Shown here one piece after another: positions 30,834 to 40,649 of a stretch of DNA of 64,000 nucleotides; position 1 is the first letter of the stretch; each line of letters opens with the position of its first letter. The stretch is from an uncultured Actinomycetes bacterium (GTDB lineage Bacteria; Actinomycetota; Thermoleophilia; UBA2241): assembly GCA_963767005.1 (NCBI GenBank), contig CAVYCN010000010.1:100059-164058 (forward strand), written 5' to 3'. A program made the position numbers and the translations under genes. The notes under the pieces were generated by a model. That model searched no databases and was not told where the DNA came from. It saw only the letters and a list, made by a program, of their open reading frames with translations.

Positions 30834-31967
30834 ATGAGCGTGGACGAGCAACGGATCGAAGCCCTGAGCCGGCGCGCCGGCCTGGCGGCGGTGTGGGACA
30901 AGGTGGCGGCCGGCGAGCGCCTGTCGGCCGACGACGCGCGCGAGCTGCTCGTGTGCGACGACCTGATCGCGGTCGGCGCTCTCGCCGACCACGCGCGGCG
31001 GCGCGCGGTGGGCGACGACGTGTTCTTCATCGCCAACCGCCACATCAACCACACGAACGTCTGCCGCAACCGCTGTCTGTTCTGCGCTTTCAGCCACGAC
31101 GACGGCGACGCCGACGCGTTCACCCTGTCGGTCGACGAGGTGCTCGACAAGGCGCGCGAGACCTTGACGGGCGGCATCACCGAGATCCACATCGTCGGCG
31201 GCGAGCACCCCGACCTGCCCTTCGACTACTACCTCGAGATGCTGCGCGGCTTGAAGGAGCTCGCCCCCGACGTGCACATCCAGGCCTTCACGGCGAGCGA
31301 GGTCGCGCACCTCGCCAGGGTGAGCGGCCTGGGGGTGCCCGCCACCCTGCAGGCGCTCAAGGAGGCCGGCCTGGGTTCGCTGCCGGGCGGCGGCGCCGAG
31401 GTCTTCAGCGGCCGCGTGCGCAACCTGATCTGCGAGCGCAAGATCTCCGGCGAGGAGTGGCTCGACGTCATGCGCGCGGCCCACGCCGTCGGGCTCAAGT
31501 CCAACGCCACGATGCTCTACGGGCACGTCGAGACGGCCGAGGAGCTCGCCGACCACCTGGTGCGTCTGCGCGCGCTGCAGGACGAGACCGGCGGCTTCAA
31601 CGCCTTCATCCCGCTCTCGTTCCAGCCCGCCAACACCGGCCTCGCCGAGCTGCCCGGCCCGACCGGCTACGACGACCTGCGCGTGCTGGCCGCCGGGCGT
31701 CTCGTGCTCGACAACTTCCGCCACATCAAGGCCTTCTGGATCAACGTCGGGCTCAAGCTCGCCCAGGTGTCGCTCTCCTTTGGCGTGAACGACCTGGACG
31801 GCACCGTGGTCGAGGAGAAGATCAGCCACGCGGCCGGCGTCGACACCGGTCAGGAGCTCACCCGGGCCGAGCTCGTGCGCGTGATCCGCGGCGCCGGCCG
31901 CGTGCCGGTCGAGCGCGACACGCTCTACAACGTCGTGCGCCGCCACGACGAGGCGGTGCCCGCATGA
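30834..31967 (+). CDS. mqnE: Aminofutalosine synthase MqnE (radical SAM)
   Basis: NHTNVCRNRCLFCAF, EIHIVGG, PGGGAE, SNATMLYGH, HIKAFW, DLDGTVVEEKI. Confidence 0.92.
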   Translation: MSVDEQRIEALSRRAGLAAVWDKVAAGERLSADDARELLVCDDLIAVGALADHARRRAVGDDVFFIANRHINHTNVCRNRCLFCAFSHDDGDADAFTLSVDEVLDKARETLTGGITEIHIVGGEHPDLPFDYYLEMLRGLKELAPDVHIQAFTASEVAHLARVSGLGVPATLQALKEAGLGSLPGGGAEVFSGRVRNLICERKISGEEWLDVMRAAHAVGLKSNATMLYGHVETAEELADHLVRLRALQDETGGFNAFIPLSFQPANTGLAELPGPTGYDDLRVLAAGRLVLDNFRHIKAFWINVGLKLAQVSLSFGVNDLDGTVVEEKISHAAGVDTGQELTRAELVRVIRGAGRVPVERDTLYNVVRRHDEAVPA

Positions 31968-32809
31968 GCGCCGCGGCGCGCGTGGCCCGCGTGGGCCGCA
32001 TCGCCTTCGTCAACTGCTTCCCGCTCTACTGCCACTTCGCGGAGGAGCTCGACCGGCTCGGCTACCGGGCTGAGATCGTCGAGGGCACACCGGCCCAGCT
32101 GAACGCGCTGCTCGTCGCCGGCGAGATCGACGTGGCGCTGCCGTCGTCGATCGAGTTCGCCCGGCACGCCGACGGGCTCGGCCTGCTGCCCGGCATCTCG
32201 ATCAGCTCGTTCGGCGCCGTCGATTCGATCCAGCTTTTCACGCAGATCCCGCGCGAGCAGCTCGAGAGCGTCGCCCTGACCGAGCAGAGCGCGACCTCGG
32301 TCTGCCTGCTCAAGGTGCTCTGCCACGAGTGGGGCATCGCGCCGTCGTTTGCGCCCCGCCAGGGCCCCCTGGCTCAGGCGCTCGCCAACTTCGGCGGCCT
32401 GCTGCTGATCGGCGACGAGGCCCTCCATATCCTGCGCGCCGGCGTGTACCCGCACAGCTACGACCTGGGCGAGGAGTGGCGCCGCGTGACCGGCCTGCCG
32501 ATGGTCTACGCGGTCTGTGCGGCGCGCCGCGAGTTTCTGGCCACGCGCCCGGACGGGGCCGCGGCGATCGAAGCGGCCCTCGTCGCCTCGCGCGACCGCT
32601 GCGCCGCCCACCCGCTCGACACGGCCGCCGCCGCCGCGCAGCTCTACGACTTCAGCGCGGCCTATCTCGGCCACTACTTCGACCAGCTCAAGTACGGTTT
32701 CCCGGCCGACTACCGGCGCGGCCTGCTCGAGTTCTACCGCCGCGCCGCTGAGCTCGGCGAGCTCGCCGCCGTGCCCGACCTCGGGCCGCAGCCGGCCGCG
32801 ACGGCCTAG
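31964..32809 (+). CDS. mqnA: Chorismate dehydratase MqnA
   Basis: RVGRIAFVNCFPL, SATSVCLL, LLIGDEAL, DLGEEW..TGLPMVYAV. Confidence 0.9.
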   Translation: MSAAARVARVGRIAFVNCFPLYCHFAEELDRLGYRAEIVEGTPAQLNALLVAGEIDVALPSSIEFARHADGLGLLPGISISSFGAVDSIQLFTQIPREQLESVALTEQSATSVCLLKVLCHEWGIAPSFAPRQGPLAQALANFGGLLLIGDEALHILRAGVYPHSYDLGEEWRRVTGLPMVYAVCAARREFLATRPDGAAAIEAALVASRDRCAAHPLDTAAAAAQLYDFSAAYLGHYFDQLKYGFPADYRRGLLEFYRRAAELGELAAVPDLGPQPAATA

Positions 32810-32822
32810 GGCGGTGGCGACG

Positions 32823-33389
32823 ATGCCGCAAGGGGAGAGCGTGCAGGCAGCCGGCGCCGGGCCCGACGCCACCGGCGCAGCATCCGACGCGGCCGCCCCC
32901 GGCGGGCTGGTCGTGCGGCAGGCCCGCGCCGCGGACTGGGAGCGCGTGGTGGCGGTCATGCCCGAATGGTGGGGCGGCCGCGACCTCGCGCACCTGCTGC
33001 CGCGCATCTTCTTCGAGCACTTCCGCGCCACGTCGTGGGTCGCCGACGAGCCCGGCGGCGAGCTCGCCGGCTTTCTCGTCGGCTTCCTGTGCCCCGACCA
33101 CCCCGACGAGGCCTACTGTCACTTCGTCGGCGTCGCGCCCGGCTGGCGGCGCAGCGGCCTGGCGCGCAGCCTCTACGAGCGCCTCATCGATGTCGCTCGT
33201 GCCGACCGACGCAGCGCGGTGCGCGCCGTCACGGCGGTCGTCAATCGCGACTCGATCGCCTTTCACCGGCGCCTGGGCTTCGCCCTGCTGCCGGGCGAGC
33301 TCGAGCTCGACGGCCTGCCGGCGTCGGGCGACCCCAACGTGCCCGAGGGCGCTGTCGTCAAGTTCGAGCTCAGGTTGAGCCATGAGTGA
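32823..33389 (+). CDS. GNAT family N-acetyltransferase
   Basis: WWGGRDL, LPRIFFEHF, YCHFVGVAPGWRRSGLA, NRDSIAFHRRLGF. Confidence 0.85.
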   Translation: MPQGESVQAAGAGPDATGAASDAAAPGGLVVRQARAADWERVVAVMPEWWGGRDLAHLLPRIFFEHFRATSWVADEPGGELAGFLVGFLCPDHPDEAYCHFVGVAPGWRRSGLARSLYERLIDVARADRRSAVRAVTAVVNRDSIAFHRRLGFALLPGELELDGLPASGDPNVPEGAVVKFELRLSHE

Positions 33390-34434
33390 CGACGACCGGC
33401 AGCGCCTGACCGACGCCGAGGCGCTCGACCTGCTCGAGCACGCCGACCTGCTCGAGGTAGGGGCGGCGGCCGACGACGTCCGCCGCCGCCTGCACCCCGA
33501 GCGCGAGGTCACCTTCGTCGTCGACCGCAACATCAACTACACCGACTACTGCATCTCGGGTTGCCGCTTCTGCGCCTTCTACAAGGAGCCGGGCAGCGGC
33601 GCCGGCTATCTGCTGACGCGCGACGAGATCTTTCGCAAGATCGAGGAGACGCTCGATCTGGGCGGCACGGCCATTATGATGCAGGGCGGCCTCTCGCCCG
33701 ACCTCGACGTGTGCTGGTTCGAGCGCGTCTTCGCCGACATCAAGGCGCGCTACCCCATCCACATCCACTCGCTGTCACCGCCCGAGATCGTGCACATCGC
33801 CCGGCAGAGCGACCTGACGGTCGCCGAGACGTTGCTCCGCCTGCGCGACGCCGGCCTCGACTCGCTGCCCGGCGGTGGCGCCGAGGTGCTGGTCGACCGC
33901 GTGCGCCACGAGATCAGCCCGCACAAGATCGGGGTCGACACCTGGCTGGGCGTCATGCGCGAGGCCCACGCTCTGGGCATGCGCACGACGGCGACGATGA
34001 TGTTCGGCTCGGTCGACACGCCGGCCGAGCGCGTCGAGCACCTGCGCCGCATCCGCGACCTGCAGGATGAGACCGGCGGTTTCACGGCGTTCATCCCCTG
34101 GACCTTCGCCGCGACGAACACCGCGCTCGCCGACGGCCACCTGCCGCCGACCGGCCTCGACTACCTGCGTCTGCTCGCCGTGAGCCGGATCTACCTCGAC
34201 AACGTGGCGAACCTGCAGGCGTCGTGGGTCACGCAGGGCCTGCGCATGGGCCAGGTGGCCCTCGCTTTCGGCGCCAACGACATCGGTTCGACCATGATCG
34301 AGGAGAACGTCGTGCGGGCCGCCGGCGTGAGCCACGCGGTGACGGTCGAGGAGCTCGTGCGGCTCATCGGCGCCGCCGGCTTCGTGCCGGTGCAGCGCGA
34401 CACACTCTACGGCGAGGTGCGGCGCTTCGCCTGA
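33382..34434 (+). CDS. mqnC: Cyclic dehypoxanthine futalosine synthase MqnC (radical SAM)
   Basis: VDRNINYTDYCISGCRFCAF, MQGG, PGGGAE, TATMMFG, QASWVTQG, GSTMIEENVV. Confidence 0.93.
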   Translation: MSDDDRQRLTDAEALDLLEHADLLEVGAAADDVRRRLHPEREVTFVVDRNINYTDYCISGCRFCAFYKEPGSGAGYLLTRDEIFRKIEETLDLGGTAIMMQGGLSPDLDVCWFERVFADIKARYPIHIHSLSPPEIVHIARQSDLTVAETLLRLRDAGLDSLPGGGAEVLVDRVRHEISPHKIGVDTWLGVMREAHALGMRTTATMMFGSVDTPAERVEHLRRIRDLQDETGGFTAFIPWTFAATNTALADGHLPPTGLDYLRLLAVSRIYLDNVANLQASWVTQGLRMGQVALAFGANDIGSTMIEENVVRAAGVSHAVTVEELVRLIGAAGFVPVQRDTLYGEVRRFA

Positions 34435-34500
34435 GCGGCGAGGTGGCCCGTGACGTCGGCGGCGCCGGCCTTGCGCCCTGGCAGAGCCGGCCCGCGGTCT

Positions 34501-34908
34501 CTACTGCTGCCCTGGAGTCCAGACGTGGTAGGGGGCCGTGTCGGTGAAGTCCGGCTCGCGCTCCTCGCCATTGGGATTGGGCCCCCACAGGTTGTCGCCC
34601 TTCTCGCTCGCCTTGAGCATGAACCACAGAAGGAGGAGGTCGCCGACGATCGGGACCAGACCGACGAAGATGTACCAGCCGCTCATCCCGGTGTCGTGCA
34701 GCCGCCGGACGCTGACCGCAAGCCCCGGAAGCAGGGTCGCCAGGGCAAAGACAAAGCGCACGATCAGCAGGTGAGGGATCGGGAGGAGGATGAGGGCGAT
34801 CACGCCATTTACGATGCTGAACGTCCAGTACTCGGTCCGGCCGGCCCTTCCCCTGAAGGTCACGTACGTACGCCACGGCTGGATGTACCACTGCCAGTAC
34901 TCGGCCAT
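34501..34908 (-). CDS. DUF805 family membrane protein
   Basis: FRGRAGRTEYW, AVSVRRLHDTGMSGW, GDNLWGPNP; GGGAGG RBS. Confidence 0.92.
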   Translation of the reverse strand: MAEYWQWYIQPWRTYVTFRGRAGRTEYWTFSIVNGVIALILLPIPHLLIVRFVFALATLLPGLAVSVRRLHDTGMSGWYIFVGLVPIVGDLLLLWFMLKASEKGDNLWGPNPNGEEREPDFTDTAPYHVWTPGQQ

Positions 34909-35239
34909 GCGTCCTCCCGGTCAGGATCGCACTCGCGGCGGGCGGGCCCCTATCGGTCCCGCCACGGTTCGCACCGAGTATCGGCAGCTCCACGGGCTAG
35001 GTTGACTTGCGCGGGTATCGGCAGCCGCGCGCACGAGGTCGACTTGCGGCTCGGGCGGGCTGCCGTCACGGGGGTGCGGCGTGCTCCAGCTTGTCGCAAC
35101 GGCGCATCAACCGTTTACCACTATGTACACAGGGAATTCCCTATCAGCCGTTCTGGCCCCGGTGGACCGAACGACACCTGCGTAACGCATGGCGGAAGGG
35201 GACTCCGCCCCTCCGCCCTGGCACTGGGAAGGAGGGACG

Positions 35240-36877
35240 TTGGAAGGTGCAGTAGTGCCGCTCCCTGAACCGGCCAGGAGCGACGAAGCGGCAGCCCAGT
35301 CCGACGCCGCCAAAGGCCTCAAGACCAACGCGGTCGGGATGCTGTCGAGCATCGTGATCGGGGTCGCCTCGACCGCGCCCGCCTACAGTCTGGCCGTCAC
35401 GCTGGGACTGGTCGTGGCCGTCGCGGGCATCGGGCTCAAGTCGCCGGCCATCATGCTGATCTCGTTCGTACCCATGATCCTCATCGCGGCGTCGTACTAC
35501 TACTTGAACAAGGCTGATCCCGACTGTGGTACGACCTTCAGCTGGGTCACCCGCGCCATCGGGCCCAGGACGGGCTGGGTCACCGGCTGGGTGATGGTAG
35601 CCGCCGACATCATCGTCATGGCCAGCCTCGCGCAGATCACCGGCACCTACTTCTTCTCGCTGATCGGTGCCAATGGTCTCGCGAACTCGCTCTTCTGGGT
35701 GACGTTCGTGGGTGTCGCCTTTCTCATCATCATGTGCGTCGTCACGGCGATCGGTATCGAGGTGTCGGCTCGTCTGCAGTGGTTCCTGCTGGGCTTCGAG
35801 TACCTCATGCTCGTCATCTTCTCGGTGGTCGCTCTGACCAAGGTCTACACGTCGCACCCGGCTGGGGCAGTGCATCCGGCGGCCTCGTGGTTCGTACCCA
35901 ACATGAACCTCGGGGCGCTGGCCGGCGGCGTGCTGCTCGCCCTGTTCATCTACTGGGGCTGGGACACGGCCGTCTCGGTGAACGAGGAGACCGAGCGCAA
36001 GTCGATCGTGCCGGGTATCGCCGCCATCCTGAGCACCGTGGCCCTGGTCTTCATCTATGTCCTGGCCACCACGGCGGCCCAGGCGTTCCACGGGCCCGCG
36101 TACCTGAGCAACAACTCGGCCGACGTGCTCAGCCCGCTCGGCAACGCCGTGCTCGGCTCCGGGCTCGACAAGCTGCTGATCGCCGTCGTGCTGACGTCGG
36201 CGACGGCGTCGACGCTGACCACCATCCTGCCCGGGGCACGCACGACCCTGTCGATGGCGTCGCACCGGGCGATCCCCGGCATCTGGGCGAGGGTGAGCCC
36301 GCGGTTCCAGACGCCGGTCTGGGGCACGGCGATCTACGGCGTCGCCTCGGTCGTGTGGTACGTGGGGCTGACGCTGCTCAGTCAGAACGTGCTGGCCGAC
36401 TCGATCGCGGCGCTCGGCATCACGATCGCCTTCTACTACGGCATCAACGGCTACGCCGTGCCGCTCTTCTACCGTCACCACCTCTTCGCGAGCTGGAAGA
36501 GCGTGCTGCTGCTGCTCGTCTTTCCGCTGGTCGGCGCCGCCATGCTGACCTGGGTGCTGGTGGCATCGTTCGACCAGCTCTGGTACCCGGCCAACTCGGC
36601 CTCGGGGACCTCGTGGTTCGGGGTGGGGCCGCCGTTCATCCTCGGCGCGGCGTTCCTGGTCACGGGTGTGATCGGCATGCTGGCGTTCTGGGCCTTCTCC
36701 AAGCGCTCGCGGCCGTTCTTCGCGCGCCGTATGGAGACGGTCGACGCGATGGTGCCGTGGGCCGAGGAGCTGGAAGGGCTCGCGCCGACCACGGCGGTCG
36801 AGACGCTGACGGCGCCGCCGACGGGTGCGGCTCCGCCGCCGCCGCCGGACTCGGAACGCCCCGGTCGGGCGGCCTGA
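35240..36877 (+). CDS. APC-family amino acid/polyamine permease
   Basis: GVASTAPAYS, PDCGTTFSW, YWGWDTAVSVNEET, about 12 TM; start TTG 35240 after GGAGG. Confidence 0.9.
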   Translation: MEGAVVPLPEPARSDEAAAQSDAAKGLKTNAVGMLSSIVIGVASTAPAYSLAVTLGLVVAVAGIGLKSPAIMLISFVPMILIAASYYYLNKADPDCGTTFSWVTRAIGPRTGWVTGWVMVAADIIVMASLAQITGTYFFSLIGANGLANSLFWVTFVGVAFLIIMCVVTAIGIEVSARLQWFLLGFEYLMLVIFSVVALTKVYTSHPAGAVHPAASWFVPNMNLGALAGGVLLALFIYWGWDTAVSVNEETERKSIVPGIAAILSTVALVFIYVLATTAAQAFHGPAYLSNNSADVLSPLGNAVLGSGLDKLLIAVVLTSATASTLTTILPGARTTLSMASHRAIPGIWARVSPRFQTPVWGTAIYGVASVVWYVGLTLLSQNVLADSIAALGITIAFYYGINGYAVPLFYRHHLFASWKSVLLLLVFPLVGAAMLTWVLVASFDQLWYPANSASGTSWFGVGPPFILGAAFLVTGVIGMLAFWAFSKRSRPFFARRMETVDAMVPWAEELEGLAPTTAVETLTAPPTGAAPPPPPDSERPGRAA

Positions 36878-36923
36878 GGCTGAGGGGCCGGCGCGACCGG
36901 CCCCAGGGTCGAGGGGGCACGAA

Positions 36924-36964
36924 GGACGGGGCGGCGGCGGCCGCAGGCCGCCGCCGCCCCGTCC
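36924..36964. terminator. 19-bp perfect inverted repeat between convergent genes
   Basis: ggacggggcggcggcggcc-gca-ggccgccgccgccccgtcc. Confidence 0.65.
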
Positions 36965-36979
36965 GCGCCGGAGGGTGCG

Positions 36980-37573
36980 TCAGAGGTTGCCCATGCGGCC
37001 GAGTGGCCAGTACGTGAAGAAGGCCCGCCCGATGATGGCGGTGCGCGGCACGGTGCCCCAGTAACGGCTGTCGCTCGAGTCGGTGCGATTGTCGCCCATC
37101 ACGAAGTAGTGTCCGGCCGGCACGCGGAAGGGGTGCTCGAGCGACCAAGGCGCGTCGGGGTCGCTGCTTGCGTAGGGGTCGGCTGCGGTCGTCGGCTCGG
37201 TCAGGCCGTCGACCTTGTCGACGAACGAGTCGGGCGCCTGCACCCCGTTCACGTAGAGCCGATTGCCGTGCAGCGACAGCAGGTCGCCCGGCAGCCCGAC
37301 GACCCGCTTGATGAGCACGTCGTGGGGCGGCTCGGGGCGGCGGAAGACGATGATGTCGCCGCGGTGCACGCTGCGATAGCGGTAGACGAGACGGTCGACC
37401 AGCACGCGCTGGCCGGGCACGAGCGTGTTGGCCATCGAGGTCGATGGGATCAGGTACGGCTTGACGACGAACGACTGCACGGCGATCGCCAGCCCGACGG
37501 CGATGAGCGCCGTGAGGGCGTAGTCGATGATGGTGCGGCGCGGGCCGCTCTTGGGACGGATCTTCTCGAGCAT
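36980..37573 (-). CDS. lepB: Signal peptidase I
   Basis: IPSTSMANTL (catalytic Ser), LIKRVVGLPGD (catalytic Lys), MGDNRTDSSDSRYWG. Confidence 0.93.
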   Translation of the reverse strand: MLEKIRPKSGPRRTIIDYALTALIAVGLAIAVQSFVVKPYLIPSTSMANTLVPGQRVLVDRLVYRYRSVHRGDIIVFRRPEPPHDVLIKRVVGLPGDLLSLHGNRLYVNGVQAPDSFVDKVDGLTEPTTAADPYASSDPDAPWSLEHPFRVPAGHYFVMGDNRTDSSDSRYWGTVPRTAIIGRAFFTYWPLGRMGNL

Positions 37574-37669
37574 CGGCACCTGTCTGCGGGATAGGACCTC
37601 GAACAACGTTACTCCGGCATCGGCCGACCTTCAATCGCGCATGAGCGGCCTCGCGCGCCGGGCGGCGGG

Positions 37670-39070
37670 TCAGGGCAGGGGCGCGCGCTCGTCGTCGAAG
37701 CCGACGCCATGGGCCGACGGGGCGAGGCGCTCAGCCTCTGCGAGGCTGAGCGCCTCGCCCCCGGCCGCGATGCGCTTCCAGGCGCGGCCCAGGACCGGCG
37801 CGGCGCAGGCGAGGCCGCCGAGGGCGAGAAAGCCGCCCACGCCGATCGCGTCGCCGCTGATCCAGGTGAACAGGAGAGGCGCCGTGAGGGTGCCCACCAG
37901 GGCGGCGAGCTGCATCGAGGTCTGCTCCATGCCCTGGATGGTGCCGAGCCAGCGGCGCGGGCTGCACTGCACGAGGAAGGCCTGCTTGGCCGGCATGGAG
38001 ATCGCCACGGCCACGCCCTCGAAGACGTTGAAGAGCAGGAAGACCGTGAGGTTGCGGGTGAAGCCGTAGACGATCCACGAGCACGCCGAGAAGGCGTAGC
38101 CGGCGAACATGAGGCGGAAGCGGTTGCCCTTCTCGGCCAGTATGCCGCCGGCAAACGAGAAGAGCATCGGCACGGAGAAGGCGATCCAGGTGAGGCTCAC
38201 GAAGGCCATCGAAGCGCCCAGGTGGCGCAGCCAGAGGCTCCAGAGAACCTCCCAGCCGCCCATGGCGAAGTGGCTCGTCGCGGCGATGAGCAAGAAGCCG
38301 GCCACGGGCGGTGTGATGAGCGAGAAGTAGCTCAACAAGGTGCCCGTCACCGAGCGCCACAGGTAGCGGCCCAGGGCGACCGGATGAAGCGGCGACGGCG
38401 CGCGTTCGGGGGCGCGGGCGGGCTCGGCGGCGAGTGCGCGGCGGCGCGCGGCCGCCTGGGCGGGCTCTCTGAGCAGGGCCAGGACCAGCACGGCCATGGC
38501 CAGGGTCATGGCGCTGCCCACCAGGAAGATGGTGTAGAAGCCGCGCCGGCCACCGCCGCCCAGGTCGTTCAGCAGGACGGCGAGCGCCGGTCCGATGACG
38601 AGGCCGCCGAACTGGGCGCTCGTCAGCAGGCCGTAGGCGCGGCCGCGCGTGTCGTCGTCGCTGACGTCGGCGATGATGGCGCTGCCGGCGGGGCCGACCG
38701 AGGCGGCGCCGATGCCCTCGCAGAGCCGGAACAGCAGGAACCACCAGGCGTTCACCGTGGTGACGAACAGGAACGTGGCGAGCGCGTAGAGGAACAGACC
38801 GACCACGATGACCGGCTTGCGGCCGACGCGGTCGCTCAGCCGGCCGAGCGGCGACGAGAAGATGAACGTGCCGGCGTAGTACCCGGCCGCGATCACGCCG
38901 ATCATCTGCACCGACGCGTGGGCCTGCTCGTGCAGGAACACGGGCAGGTACGGCAGGATAGCGCCGAAGCCGGACCACACCACGAACGACGCGAAGCAGA
39001 CCAGCGCAAGCTGCGACCAGTCGGTGTCGTGGGACGCCGGCGCCCCGCCGGTGTCGGCTGTCGCGGTCAC
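37670..39070 (-). CDS. MFS transporter (DHA1-like)
   Basis: GRLSDRVGRKP motif A, 12 TM; start GTG 39070 after GGGAAGGA. Confidence 0.9.
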   Translation of the reverse strand: MTATADTGGAPASHDTDWSQLALVCFASFVVWSGFGAILPYLPVFLHEQAHASVQMIGVIAAGYYAGTFIFSSPLGRLSDRVGRKPVIVVGLFLYALATFLFVTTVNAWWFLLFRLCEGIGAASVGPAGSAIIADVSDDDTRGRAYGLLTSAQFGGLVIGPALAVLLNDLGGGGRRGFYTIFLVGSAMTLAMAVLVLALLREPAQAAARRRALAAEPARAPERAPSPLHPVALGRYLWRSVTGTLLSYFSLITPPVAGFLLIAATSHFAMGGWEVLWSLWLRHLGASMAFVSLTWIAFSVPMLFSFAGGILAEKGNRFRLMFAGYAFSACSWIVYGFTRNLTVFLLFNVFEGVAVAISMPAKQAFLVQCSPRRWLGTIQGMEQTSMQLAALVGTLTAPLLFTWISGDAIGVGGFLALGGLACAAPVLGRAWKRIAAGGEALSLAEAERLAPSAHGVGFDDERAPLP

Positions 39071-39176
39071 GATGTCCTTCCCCAAAAAGCCGGCCGGCGA
39101 GCGCCGGCCAGGCTCTGAGCCCCGCGCCTAGGCTACCATGTCGCACGCACGCGGCGGAACGGGCCGCGGCGCCGGC

Positions 39177-40403
39177 TCAGATATCGCGCACCACGGGCAC
39201 GAAGAAGCCGATCAGGGCCGGCACGAAGACGATCGCCCCGCACACGCCGAAGAGCGGCCCGAGGCTGACCACCGCGGCGAGCCCGCCGGCGGCGAGCACG
39301 CCGATCGCGTACACCCCCTGTGTGAGCGTGAATCGGGCGCCCCAGACGCGCCCGCGCAGGTACTCCGGCACGACCGACTGCACGTACGTGTCGATCGAGA
39401 TCAGCATCACTGCGTTGGCCGCTCCTAGCACGACGAAGTCGCCGAGGACGAGCGGGAGGGTGCCGAGCAAAGTAGGCACAGCTGCGCACATCCCCATGAT
39501 CATTAGCCCGACTGTAATCGCGAGACCCTTGCGGATTCGTTTGGCCAACCAAGCTGTGCCGAGCGAGGCAGCCAAGAAGCCCAACGCCAGTCCTGCCTCC
39601 ATGAACCCAAAAGACCGCAGACTGTTGAAGTGCCTCACGGCGAGCAAGAACGAGAGGGGGTAGAAGGCTCCGATGCCGGCCGCGGCAGCCACAGCCATGG
39701 CGGTGTTCGCTCGAAGTCCCCTGTGACGCACCGTATATGCGATACCCTCGCGCGCACTTGCCCACAGCCTTAGGGTGGTCTGGGCATCGCTTCGAGCAGC
39801 GGTCGCAGAGGCGCCGGCCGTTGTCATCGCCAGTAACGTCACGGCTGACACTCCGAAAGTCGCCGCATCTACGGCGAAGGTCGTGTGAAGTGGGAGCCAG
39901 GCGACGACCAAGCCAGCAGCCGCGAATCCAACGACCTCTGTCGATTGCATACTCGCCGAGAGCAGGGAGTTGGCGCGGAGCAGGTCGCGCTCCCGCACGA
40001 TCTCAGGGAGGAACGCCATCAGGCCTGGCTCGAAGAATGCGGTGGCCGTGGCGGTAGCGAAAGCCAACACGAAGAGCCCATCGATGGACCGCTGGGCGAC
40101 ATACGGGACGCTCAACACGAGCCCACCCCGCATGACGTCTGCTGCAATCATCACCGCCCGTTTGTTGAGCCGGTCCAGCAACACACCAGCGGCCGTGCCA
40201 AATGCGACATAGGGCAGCGTAAAGATGGCCAGCATCAAACCGGTCGACATTGCTGAATGGGTACGGTGGTAAACGAGCCAAGGTAGAGCGACCATGGCGA
40301 GACGGTCGCCCATTTGTGAGACGAACTGACCTGCCAGAAGCAGGTCAAAGTTCGCATTCTTGGCCAGTGAGTGGCTTTCTTGTCGCTCCTGGGTGACGGT
40401 CAT
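39177..40403 (-). CDS. MFS transporter (DHA3/EntS/Mef-like), divergent from the small-peptide gene
   Basis: GQFVSQMGDRL..VALPW, GVLLDRLNKRAVMIAADVMR, FFEPG, LLRANSL, VPEYLRGRV. Confidence 0.9.
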   Translation of the reverse strand: MTVTQERQESHSLAKNANFDLLLAGQFVSQMGDRLAMVALPWLVYHRTHSAMSTGLMLAIFTLPYVAFGTAAGVLLDRLNKRAVMIAADVMRGGLVLSVPYVAQRSIDGLFVLAFATATATAFFEPGLMAFLPEIVRERDLLRANSLLSASMQSTEVVGFAAAGLVVAWLPLHTTFAVDAATFGVSAVTLLAMTTAGASATAARSDAQTTLRLWASAREGIAYTVRHRGLRANTAMAVAAAAGIGAFYPLSFLLAVRHFNSLRSFGFMEAGLALGFLAASLGTAWLAKRIRKGLAITVGLMIMGMCAAVPTLLGTLPLVLGDFVVLGAANAVMLISIDTYVQSVVPEYLRGRVWGARFTLTQGVYAIGVLAAGGLAAVVSLGPLFGVCGAIVFVPALIGFFVPVVRDI

Positions 40404-40649
40404 CGCCTAGTCGCGTGCCCAGAAGCCCTTTTCAGCTCCATCAAGCTGCTTGCCCCCGCAATGCCGCATGTCCCGACGGGCGGTCCTGTGAAGTAGGTCT
40501 TGCGCACACGAGACTAAGGTGTATACCATCTTGGCCACAGTCAATCGTCAACCTTCTTTTATCGGCAGGTTGGCGCAGCTACTTTAGGGGGCTCGGTGAC
40601 CCGCAAGCAGCTCAAGATCCACTAGGCGAGTAGCAATTAGAAGGTATCG

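Noticed and set aside
21448-34434. Radical SAM genes as RiPP maturases for the small peptide
   Set aside because: Their motifs and context fit AhbD, MqnE and MqnC in heme and menaquinone synthesis.
40415-40633. 72-aa ORF containing SIVNLLLSAG, loosely similar to the peptide's SIVLVLVASG
   Set aside because: No RBS, it spans the probable divergent promoter region, and the similarity is within chance for a short hydrophobic stretch.
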